Assembly: GCA_005222965.1 (NCBI GenBank)
Contig: NJBG01000001.1
Span: 896,167 to 960,166 of the forward strand
Direction: 5' to 3'
From: Candidatus Woesearchaeota archaeon B3_Woes
Lineage (GTDB): Archaea; Nanobdellota; Nanobdellia; Woesearchaeales; B3-WOES
DNA: 64,000 nucleotides
Below, piece by piece: positions 8,004-16,121 of the stretch; the stretch's first letter is position 1, and every line of letters begins with the position of its first letter. Under the pieces are notes generated by a model. The model saw only the letters and a list, made by a program, of their open reading frames with translations. It did not search any database and was not told the origin of the DNA. The position numbers and the translations under genes are program-made.

Positions 8004-9230
8004 ATGTTTAATAGTTTAAAAGAAAAATTAAAGAAAGCAATTTCTAGATTTTCTAAAAAAGTTGATGAAATAGAAGAACCTGTAGAAGAAGTTAAAGAAA
8101 AGCCAAAGCCAGTTGAGAAAAAACCTATTCAAAAACCTAAAAAAGAGAAAAAAGAAAAAGCAATTAAAAAAAAGAAAGAAGAAGTAAAAGAAGAAAAGCC
8201 AAAACCTGTTATTGAAAAACCGAAAGAAGAACCAATTGTTGAAGAACCTAAAAAAGAGAAAAAATCATTCTTTGGATTTAAGAAAAAGAAAGAAAAACCA
8301 ATCGAAGAAAAGAAAGAAGAACCAATTATTGAAGAACCTAAAGAAGAAAAACCTGTTGAAGAAGAAAAAAAAGGAATCTTCAAAAAAATAACAACAAAGA
8401 AAATAGATCAAGAACAATTTGAAAAATTATTCTGGGAACTGGAATTGGCTCTAATGGAAAATAATGTTGCTATAGAAATCATAGATAAAATTAAACAAGA
8501 TCTAAAACAAAATCTTGTTGATAAACCTCTAACAAGAACAAAAATAGATGAAACAATTAAAAATACTCTGAAAAATTCTATAAAAGAAATATTAGAAGTC
8601 GATAAAATAAATTTACTTGAAAAAATAAAAGAAAAAAAACCCTATGTAATCTGTTTTGTTGGTATAAATGGTTCTGGTAAAACAACAACAATCGCAAGAA
8701 TAGCACATCTTTTACAAAAAAATAATATAAGCAGTGTAATGGCTGCTTCAGATACATTCAGAGCAGCAGCAATCGACCAAATACAACATCACGCAGATAA
8801 ATTAAATGTCAAATTAATTAAACAAGATTATGGATCAGACCCAGCAGCAGTCGCTTTTGATGCAATTAAACATGCAGAATCAAAAAACATAGATGTTGTT
8901 CTAATTGATACAGCAGGAAGAATGCATTCTAATGCTAATTTACTGGATGAAATGAAGAAAATAATTAGAGTTGCAAAACCAGATATGAAAATTTTTGTTG
9001 GAGAATCAATAACAGGGAATGATTGTACTGAACAAGCTAAAAAATTCAACCAAGCAATTGAAATTGATGGAATCATACTAACCAAAGCAGATGTTGATGA
9101 AAAAGGAGGGGCTGCATTATCTGTTAGTTATATAACCAAAAAACCAATCTTGTACATAGGAACAGGCCAAGGATACAATGATTTAAAAGAATTCTCTTCA
9201 GACACTATTCTAGATAATCTAGGACTTTAA
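8004..9230 (+). CDS. ftsY: signal recognition particle receptor FtsY
   Basis: GINGSGKTTT, DTFRAAA, DTAGR, TKAD, GTGQ; charged N-terminal linker; start at MFNSLK. Confidence 0.95.
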   Translation: MFNSLKEKLKKAISRFSKKVDEIEEPVEEVKEKPKPVEKKPIQKPKKEKKEKAIKKKKEEVKEEKPKPVIEKPKEEPIVEEPKKEKKSFFGFKKKKEKPIEEKKEEPIIEEPKEEKPVEEEKKGIFKKITTKKIDQEQFEKLFWELELALMENNVAIEIIDKIKQDLKQNLVDKPLTRTKIDETIKNTLKNSIKEILEVDKINLLEKIKEKKPYVICFVGINGSGKTTTIARIAHLLQKNNISSVMAASDTFRAAAIDQIQHHADKLNVKLIKQDYGSDPAAVAFDAIKHAESKNIDVVLIDTAGRMHSNANLLDEMKKIIRVAKPDMKIFVGESITGNDCTEQAKKFNQAIEIDGIILTKADVDEKGGAALSVSYITKKPILYIGTGQGYNDLKEFSSDTILDNLGL

Positions 9231-9958
9231 ATACTTCGTTTAATAGTTGTTAAATACAATTGAGAAAAAGGCCTTATCTGTTTTTAAGTCACTTCATAGT
9301 GGTAAAAAATAGCAAGATATATATATTAGTTATTGAATTGATCAGTATATGTTAATAGATACACTCACAGAACCAATGTCAGTAGGAGATAGATGGACTA
9401 TTGAAACTGACAGGAAAAAATCTAAGGAAATGGCAGACGCCCATAAACTTTTCTATGAAGATTTAGTTAATGAAGGTCTATATCATCCAGATACAAAAAT
9501 TTCCATTGTTGTAAAAGATTTTGAAAGAGTACAAAAATTTCAAGTATATGCTTTAGAAGCACATATGCCAGATTTGATCCAAATTCCAGACGAAAAAGAA
9601 ATCCTTGCATTAGATGTTAAAACTGACTTGTATAAATTACTATTTCACATGAATCCTAATGTTGAACTAGATGATTTATTGAATCACCCCGTTTTTGAAT
9701 GTTTAGATTCGATTAAGTATGATGAAAAAACAGATAAAATGTATCTAACAACTTTATTATTATTCATGAGAGCTTTCCCACATAAATTTATTCTAGAACA
9801 ACACAAAAAACAAACTGGTGAAGACTTAGTACCTTATCATAGAAGAAGTTTATAATTAGGCCTTTTTCTCAACTTCTCCCTCACTTCGTTCGGTCGACCA
9901 CGTTGCATTCTCGCCTACGGCTCGGGGGTATTTAACAGGATCCGATGTTATACGAAAT
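9231..9958 (+). mobile_element. putative palindrome-bounded gene cassette, element 2 (most complete copy)
   Basis: A-site 9231-9259; perfect 15-bp IR 9260-9274/9858-9872; TGTTAAATAC/GTATTTAACA IR; B-site 9930-9958 ending GTTATACGAAAT. Confidence 0.6.
9349..9855 (+). CDS. hypothetical protein (cassette cargo)
   Basis: 168-aa ORF with upstream TATA-like box; no recognisable motif. Confidence 0.6.
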   Translation: MLIDTLTEPMSVGDRWTIETDRKKSKEMADAHKLFYEDLVNEGLYHPDTKISIVVKDFERVQKFQVYALEAHMPDLIQIPDEKEILALDVKTDLYKLLFHMNPNVELDDLLNHPVFECLDSIKYDEKTDKMYLTTLLLFMRAFPHKFILEQHKKQTGEDLVPYHRRSL

Positions 9959-9970
9959 CGAAAGAAAGAC

Positions 9971-10537
9971 CTAGAATTTATTTCTATGAATTATTTTATT
10001 TAGTCTTCTTTTCTGAACATGCAAAACATCATCCATTCTATAGTAGCCTGGTTCACTATCTGTTTCCTCTAGAACTGGTTTTTCTGCAGCATATCCTAAT
10101 GAAATAACCAAATCAACAAAATAATCACTTGAAACACCAAGCACATTATGGATATCTTCTTTTTCAACAGCACCCATCATACATACTCCAATATTATTTT
10201 CATATGCCACTAAAGCAATATTTTGAGCTGCTATACCCACATCATATTTATAAGATTCTCTAGAACCGGTTTTTACAATAATAATAATTAAAGCAGTTGG
10301 CTCAAAACCCTTTTTTGCTTTTTTATCACCTGAAATCTCTCCACCAAAATCAATTAAAGGAAATATTTTTTCCAAAACTGATTTATCATCAATAATAATA
10401 TACTCTAATGGCTGAGAATTTCTTGCAGAAGAACTTACTCTTGCACAATCAACAAATTTTTCCAACAATTTATAGTCTATTTTATCTTGTTTAAACAACC
10501 TTGTTGTTCTTTTATGTCTTATTGATTCCTCAATCAT
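9971..10537 (-). CDS. nitroreductase family protein
   Basis: KRTTRLFK, SSARNSQP, DVGIAAQNIAL, ISLGY. Confidence 0.85.
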   Translation of the reverse strand: MIEESIRHKRTTRLFKQDKIDYKLLEKFVDCARVSSSARNSQPLEYIIIDDKSVLEKIFPLIDFGGEISGDKKAKKGFEPTALIIIIVKTGSRESYKYDVGIAAQNIALVAYENNIGVCMMGAVEKEDIHNVLGVSSDYFVDLVISLGYAAEKPVLEETDSEPGYYRMDDVLHVQKRRLNKIIHRNKF

Positions 10538-10538
10538 C

Positions 10539-11801
10539 TTACAAAAAATCACTCAAACCCTTTTGCTGTTTTTTTACTTCTACTTCTTCAACAACTCTAT
10601 CTTTTTCTGAAAAAACAGGAACACCATACTCACCATCATAACCAGGAAGAACTTCAATTTCACCTTTCCTATTTTTAATAATCATCTCAGCTAGTTTAGC
10701 ACCAACTACCTTCTCAAGTTCTTCTTCAGGAACATGAAGTAAAACATTTAACTCAGTATTAAATTTACTCATCAGACTATTAAACACATCCCAAACTGTT
10801 TTTGTTGCAATTCCTTTATTAACCAACTTTGCAATTATCTCTGATAAAGGAATTAATTTCTTAAATTCTTTTGCACCTTCTGGTTTAAAACCAAGTGGCC
10901 TGTCAGCTAACTTTTCAACTCTATGCTCAACACCAATTGTTAATGCCTTGCCGCACTTAGGACACAATTTATTTAATTTTGTAGATTGCTCTGGGCTTAA
11001 ACATACTTTACAATTTCTATGACCATCATAATGATACTTTCCATAAGCAGGATCAACCTCAATTGTTCCTGTTAAACCCTCTTTTGTTCTTAGAGCCTTA
11101 ATCAAATTATTATAAGTCAATTCTTTTAAATCAAATAGAGTTGATTCCCTCCCAATACGCCAAGGCCAAAAAGAATGAGAATCTGAAGAACTTACTAGAG
11201 CAAACCTATCTAATTGTGACAATCTCCAGTTCATTTCAGGATCTGAACTTAAACCAGTCTCTAAAGCATGAATATTCTTTGTCTGATCTTTAAAAGCATC
11301 TTTTATAGAATCAAAACCAGACATACTACCCAACAACCCAAACCAAGGGGTCCATACATGAGCAGGAATTACCTCAATATCTTTACTAATGCTCATCATA
11401 TTTTCAACTAAATCAGGACACGGAATCTTGAATATAGGTCTTCCATCATAATCTATTCTACCTTTCTTGAGAAAATATTCTGTTATTTGATCAACAACAT
11501 CAAAATTAGGAGCCAAAATAACATTATGTACACGCCTGCCTTTACCACTATCAGTATAAATTAGTGAAACTTCTGTTTGTAAAATAAAAGGCATCCCTGT
11601 TTTCGTTTTAAAAATTCCATTCCCATCATCTGTTAATTTTGATTTTAACTCTTTTATCCATTCAGGATGTGTAAAATCTCCTGTTCCTAACAGATTTAAT
11701 CCTTTTACTTTAGACCATTTTTCTAAATTATCTATATCAAGCTGTTTAGAAGTAGCTCTTGAATATTTTGAATGTAAATGCAAGTCAGCTATTATTTCCA
11801 T
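10539..11801 (-). CDS. endonuclease Q family protein (PHP domain plus zinc ribbon)
   Basis: ADLHLHSKYS, GTGDFTHP, PAHVWTPW, SDSHS, GKYHYDGHRNC...CPKCG, PGYDGEYG. Confidence 0.9.
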   Translation of the reverse strand: MEIIADLHLHSKYSRATSKQLDIDNLEKWSKVKGLNLLGTGDFTHPEWIKELKSKLTDDGNGIFKTKTGMPFILQTEVSLIYTDSGKGRRVHNVILAPNFDVVDQITEYFLKKGRIDYDGRPIFKIPCPDLVENMMSISKDIEVIPAHVWTPWFGLLGSMSGFDSIKDAFKDQTKNIHALETGLSSDPEMNWRLSQLDRFALVSSSDSHSFWPWRIGRESTLFDLKELTYNNLIKALRTKEGLTGTIEVDPAYGKYHYDGHRNCKVCLSPEQSTKLNKLCPKCGKALTIGVEHRVEKLADRPLGFKPEGAKEFKKLIPLSEIIAKLVNKGIATKTVWDVFNSLMSKFNTELNVLLHVPEEELEKVVGAKLAEMIIKNRKGEIEVLPGYDGEYGVPVFSEKDRVVEEVEVKKQQKGLSDFL

Positions 11802-11892
11802 CTAAAACCCCTACAACAACTAGAACAAAGTTATATAAAAACCTTCTCATTATTAAGAAAGTTATTTAAAATCCATTAATATTACACTAAAT

Positions 11893-12354
11893 ATGGAGTA
11901 TTTAGAATTACATATTAGTGAAAGAAATTTTGAAAGATTGATTTTTATCTTTATAATTCTAATTTTAGTTCTTGTTGCTGTTTTTATTCCTTCTAAAAAA
12001 TGTTCTGAGCAAACATGTAAACAACCACAAATTACAGGAGAAACAGTTAAAGCTATTGAAACAAAAACAGTTGTTGAAGAACCAGAAGAACAACCAATAT
12101 ATTATGTAGATATACAAAACTTTCATTTTGCTCCACAAGAACTTATTATTAAAAAAGATTCTATAGTAATATTTGCAAATAAGGAAACAACATTAGTTCA
12201 TAAAATATACGAAGTTAAAGGATTATTTCTAGGACCAAGAATGGAACCAATGGAAACATTTAGTTATACTTTTAATCAAACAGGAAACTTCACCCTATTT
12301 AGTGTCATGGGCAAAGACAAAGGAACTAAAATGGAAATAAGAGTTATTTCATAA
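11893..12354 (+). CDS. membrane-anchored cupredoxin-like protein
   Basis: TM then FAPQELII...HKIY...TFSYTFNQTGNF; no Cys ligand at the canonical site. Confidence 0.65.
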   Translation: MEYLELHISERNFERLIFIFIILILVLVAVFIPSKKCSEQTCKQPQITGETVKAIETKTVVEEPEEQPIYYVDIQNFHFAPQELIIKKDSIVIFANKETTLVHKIYEVKGLFLGPRMEPMETFSYTFNQTGNFTLFSVMGKDKGTKMEIRVIS

Positions 12355-12738
12355 TGTTTTCATACCATTAACATAACCCATTTTCTCCCAAAAACCTTCT
12401 GCATCAGCTTCTACGCTAATAAGATCCATCTTAGTCATACCAACTCTCCTACAAAACTTAGTTCTTGCATCCTCAAGTTTTCTACCATACCCATTCCCAC
12501 TATCTCTAACAAAAAGCGCACCAGTATCCGACACCCTTGTTGCAAAATCTAATACAAAAGAATAGTGCAAACCATGATCTGGTAAAAAATACAAACATTC
12601 AACACATCCTACTCCTTGTTGTGCTTTTACAACTATAGACTCATCTTGGATTGGTAATCCTTGTTCTGAAAAAAATTCTAGCATAAGATGCTCTAATTCA
12701 TCAACATCATATCCACTATCTTCTAATAACCAACCCAT
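12349..12738 (-). CDS. GNAT-like acetyltransferase
   Basis: GNGYGRKL and AEGFWEKMGY motifs. Confidence 0.6.
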   Translation of the reverse strand: MGWLLEDSGYDVDELEHLMLEFFSEQGLPIQDESIVVKAQQGVGCVECLYFLPDHGLHYSFVLDFATRVSDTGALFVRDSGNGYGRKLEDARTKFCRRVGMTKMDLISVEADAEGFWEKMGYVNGMKTL

Positions 12739-12813
12739 TTTATTAATGAAATATCGCTTCTATTTAAATTATTTATGTAAAAATTTATATAATCTGTAAA
12801 AATTCCAATAACT

Positions 12814-13446
12814 ATGGTTTACAAAGCAGTTATTTTTGATCTTGATGGAACACTGGTTCATACTAAACCAGAATACAGATACAAGATAATAGGACAAACA
12901 CTTAAAGAACTGGGTACTTCTTCTTCTGATCATCATATCGACAGATTCTGGTTTGAAACAAGAAGAGATGAAATCATAAAAAATCATTTCAAATTAGATC
13001 CTGAATTATTCTGGGAAATTTACAGAAAAAACGAAATACCAGAACTAAGAGAAAAATTTACAGAATTATATAAGGATATTGATTTTATAAGAGAATTAAA
13101 ACAAAAAGGCTTCAAAATAGGAATAGTTACAGGTGCACCATCTCATATTGCACATGTTGAAATTAATATGTTAGGAAAAGAAAACTTTGATGAGATTATA
13201 ATAACTAATAGGGAAAACAGAGTAGAATACAAACCCCATCCTCAGGGATTATTAGAATGCTTAAATAAGTTAAAAGTTAAAAAAGAAGAAGCAATCTATG
13301 TTGGAAACTCTGATGAAGATGTACTAACAGCAAAAAACGCAGAAGTATTTGACGTTTTATTAAACAGAGGAGAACATATCTTCCCAGAAATAAATCCCAC
13401 ATTAACTATCCAATCTTTATACGAATTAAGAAAACTACTTACTTAA
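12814..13446 (+). CDS. HAD-superfamily phosphatase
   Basis: FDLDGTL, KPHP, YVGNSDEDV. Confidence 0.9.
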   Translation: MVYKAVIFDLDGTLVHTKPEYRYKIIGQTLKELGTSSSDHHIDRFWFETRRDEIIKNHFKLDPELFWEIYRKNEIPELREKFTELYKDIDFIRELKQKGFKIGIVTGAPSHIAHVEINMLGKENFDEIIITNRENRVEYKPHPQGLLECLNKLKVKKEEAIYVGNSDEDVLTAKNAEVFDVLLNRGEHIFPEINPTLTIQSLYELRKLLT

Positions 13447-13491
13447 GAAAAGTAAATAACATTTAAATACTAATAGATTGACAATATTCCT

Positions 13492-13767
13492 ATGTTACAT
13501 AAAAGAAAAATAAGCCTATTTGAAAAAATACTACTACTGGTATGTATTTTAGTAATAATCACCGGATATTTCTTTGTTTATGGAATGGTTGCTAAAAAAG
13601 GCCTTAGTTGGGATGCTCTACAAACAACCTTTTTATGGCTGATACTAATTGTAACATTAATTCTGGCAATAATAAACGAAAACACAAAAGAAGAGCTTAA
13701 GATTATCAACTCTAATCAAGCAAAAGAAATAAAACTATTAAGAGAAGATTTAGCAAGAAAAAGATAA
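13492..13767 (+). CDS. small two-TM membrane protein
   Basis: Two hydrophobic helices and a coiled tail. Confidence 0.65.
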   Translation: MLHKRKISLFEKILLLVCILVIITGYFFVYGMVAKKGLSWDALQTTFLWLILIVTLILAIINENTKEELKIINSNQAKEIKLLREDLARKR

Positions 13768-14040
13768 TTACTTGCGATAAGAAATCTTTAAAAAAACCTT
13801 TTCAATTTTCTTTCTATATAATATACCAACAAACAAGCTATGCCATATAATATATATAACCAAACTAAAGATTATAGGTAATCCATCCTTTACAGGGCTT
13901 AACATAAGACCTTCCTGAGCAACCTCAACTGTTTTACTAGTAAAAGATAGAACAAAAACCATAACCAAAGCCAATAAAGGTGGCAAAGATAAGAAAAAAC
14001 CATAAACCTTCTTTCTCTTTTGAGCAAGATTCCCTTTCAT
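13768..14040 (-). CDS. small two-TM membrane protein
   Basis: Two hydrophobic segments; abuts the convergent gene. Confidence 0.55.
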   Translation of the reverse strand: MKGNLAQKRKKVYGFFLSLPPLLALVMVFVLSFTSKTVEVAQEGLMLSPVKDGLPIIFSLVIYIIWHSLFVGILYRKKIEKVFLKISYRK

Positions 14041-14134
14041 AAAATACCTTAATATAACTTAATATTTAAGTATTTCTGTGTTAAAACAGTTAAATTTATA
14101 AGGGAGGAATTATACTTCAACTACCTGATATAAC

Positions 14135-14323
14135 ATGGGAAGAATAAAAACACAGCAAATTAAGAGAGTAACCAAGCAATTAATGAAAGAGCATGGTAAC
14201 GAATTTAAGAAAGATTTCAGTGAAAACAAGAAACTAGTAAGGGATTTTGTAGACGTAAAATCAAAAAAACTAAGAAACACTATTGCAGGTTATGTTACTA
14301 GATTGACAAAGACAAGAGAATAA
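14135..14323 (+). CDS. rps17e: 30S ribosomal protein eS17
   Basis: MGRIKT...DFSENK...SKKLRNTIAGYVT. Confidence 0.95.
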   Translation: MGRIKTQQIKRVTKQLMKEHGNEFKKDFSENKKLVRDFVDVKSKKLRNTIAGYVTRLTKTRE

Positions 14324-14344
14324 ACAACAGACGGGGTGAAGTAA

Positions 14345-14626
14345 ATGGGAGACGACACCACAATTTTTATTGGGAACAAGTCTTTTATGAACTATGTGAC
14401 TGGAGTTGTACTACAATTTACAACAAAAGGAGCAAAAGAAGTATCAGTGAAGGCAAGAGGAAAGTTTATTTCCAGAGCAGTAGATGTAGCAGAAGTGGCA
14501 GTGAAGAGATTTTTAGTAGACCAGATACAAGTAAAAGACATAAAAATTGATTCAGAAGATTTCAAGAACAAAGAGGGAAAACAAGTAAGAGTGTCTACTA
14601 TCGATGTAGTTCTTGAAAAGAAATAA
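14345..14626 (+). CDS. albA: DNA/RNA-binding protein Alba
   Basis: IFIGNKSFMNYV...KARGKFISRAVDVAE...VSTIDVVL. Confidence 0.95.
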   Translation: MGDDTTIFIGNKSFMNYVTGVVLQFTTKGAKEVSVKARGKFISRAVDVAEVAVKRFLVDQIQVKDIKIDSEDFKNKEGKQVRVSTIDVVLEKK

Positions 14627-14775
14627 AAGGATAAAAAATGCAGAAACTGGAAATGTATAAAGTGGAACAGAGTTACTTACAGAGATTTTGGTACTATGTA
14701 AAAGAAAACATACGATTTCTAAAATTTTAATTTTTTACATTAAATTTATATATTCATAAATTTATATTTCTGAAT

Positions 14776-14850
14776 GGGCCTATAGCATAACCTGGATTAG
14801 TGCTTCCGGCTTCGGACCGGCGGATGGGGGTTCAAATCCTCCTAGGCCCA
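14776..14850 (+). tRNA. tRNA-Arg(TCG)
   Basis: GGGCCTA/TAGGCCC acceptor stem, CCGG-CT TCG GA-CCGG arm, GGTTCAAAT T loop. Confidence 0.92.
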
Positions 14851-14920
14851 TTAAAACATCAGAAGGCATCAAAATTGATGGAATTGGAAACATAATAAAA
14901 ATAGAAAATTTAAATTACCT

Positions 14921-15616
14921 TTATTCAAAGAGATTCCTTCCACAATTAAACTCTTTCCACCCATCTCTCAAAGCAGCAGCACAGGGCTGTACTGATAAGA
15001 ATTCTCCTTTACAATACCAATTCTGGTATTTTCTATTCTTAGCTTCTTTTGATGGAAGAAAATGTTTTATTCGAACTGGAGCCTGCATGATTATTTCTAA
15101 AGATAAATTAAGACCTTCATCTCCTCCATATATATTTCCTTCATATTCAACTCCTTCAACTTCAAATAATCTGGGGTTCATCATATCATATTCATTTATT
15201 AATTGTACCCCATTTGGATAAATAATCCTGAAAGCAAAATCATAACCCCAAACCGGATACGTGACTCTCATATCTTCTTCAATAGATTCAACCATAACTT
15301 CATAATCTTCATGAGTTAATAGTTCATCAGCATCTAATACTAAAACTCTTTTAGTTTTAACTTTTGAAAGAGAATAATTTCTAGATTGAGCAAAATTATC
15401 CCACTCTCTGTGAAAAACTCCTAAATGAGGATATTCCTTATCTAAACTAGATAATATATCTTTTGTACCATCAATTGATCCTGTATCTACAATTACAGCA
15501 GCTTCTACATGAGGAAGAGTAGCTCTTAGAAACCTTTCAATTCCACCTGCCGGATTCATAGCTTCATCTCTAATAATTGCTGCTAATGTAGTTTCAGGTA
15601 ATATGGCATATTCCAT
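14921..15616 (-). CDS. glycosyltransferase family 2 protein
   Basis: IVDTGSIDGT, FAQSRN, VLDADE. Confidence 0.85.
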   Translation of the reverse strand: MEYAILPETTLAAIIRDEAMNPAGGIERFLRATLPHVEAAVIVDTGSIDGTKDILSSLDKEYPHLGVFHREWDNFAQSRNYSLSKVKTKRVLVLDADELLTHEDYEVMVESIEEDMRVTYPVWGYDFAFRIIYPNGVQLINEYDMMNPRLFEVEGVEYEGNIYGGDEGLNLSLEIIMQAPVRIKHFLPSKEAKNRKYQNWYCKGEFLSVQPCAAALRDGWKEFNCGRNLFE

Positions 15617-15722
15617 AAGAGAAACAGGCTTATTAATATTTATAAATCTTTTGATTTGTAACTACTATTACATAACAAATATAGAAACATTTATAAAGAA
15701 CAACTCCTTCTTAATCAAAACA

Positions 15723-16109
15723 ATGGATGCAAAATTAATAGAAGAATTAAGGGAACATCATGTAATGCCTCTTGAATTAGATACAACATTACAGGATTTC
15801 TATACAAAATGTGGTGTCGATTGGACTCAAGTAGAAACTCATTTCTCACCAGGAGCACCTAAGGAACAAATAGATTTACATGAACAAACAGAAGATATGG
15901 TAAGGGGTTTATATAAGTTAGAATTTGAAGGACAAGAAGGAACTCCAGAATATCAAAGACTTGAAACACAAATTAAAGAACTATTACAAGGATTAAAACG
16001 GTCACAAATATGTAGGTACTCAAATAATCTGACTCGTATAATAAACACCCTACCTGCTGAAACAGGAACAGGTGGATATGTAAGAGACTCCAGAGCTATG
16101 AACCCATAA
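15723..16109 (+). CDS. hypothetical protein
   Basis: ORF from MDAKLIEEL with TATA-like TTTATAAA upstream. Confidence 0.6.
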   Translation: MDAKLIEELREHHVMPLELDTTLQDFYTKCGVDWTQVETHFSPGAPKEQIDLHEQTEDMVRGLYKLEFEGQEGTPEYQRLETQIKELLQGLKRSQICRYSNNLTRIINTLPAETGTGGYVRDSRAMNP

Positions 16110-16121
16110 GATTTCTAAAAT

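Noticed and set aside
8080..8380. Lys/Glu/Pro repeats in the ftsY N-terminus
   Set aside because: Typical low-complexity FtsY linker
9930..9958. Possible chromosomal dif or loxP site
   Set aside because: The spacer is 7 bp rather than 6 or 8 and related copies are dispersed, so it is treated as part of the cassette family
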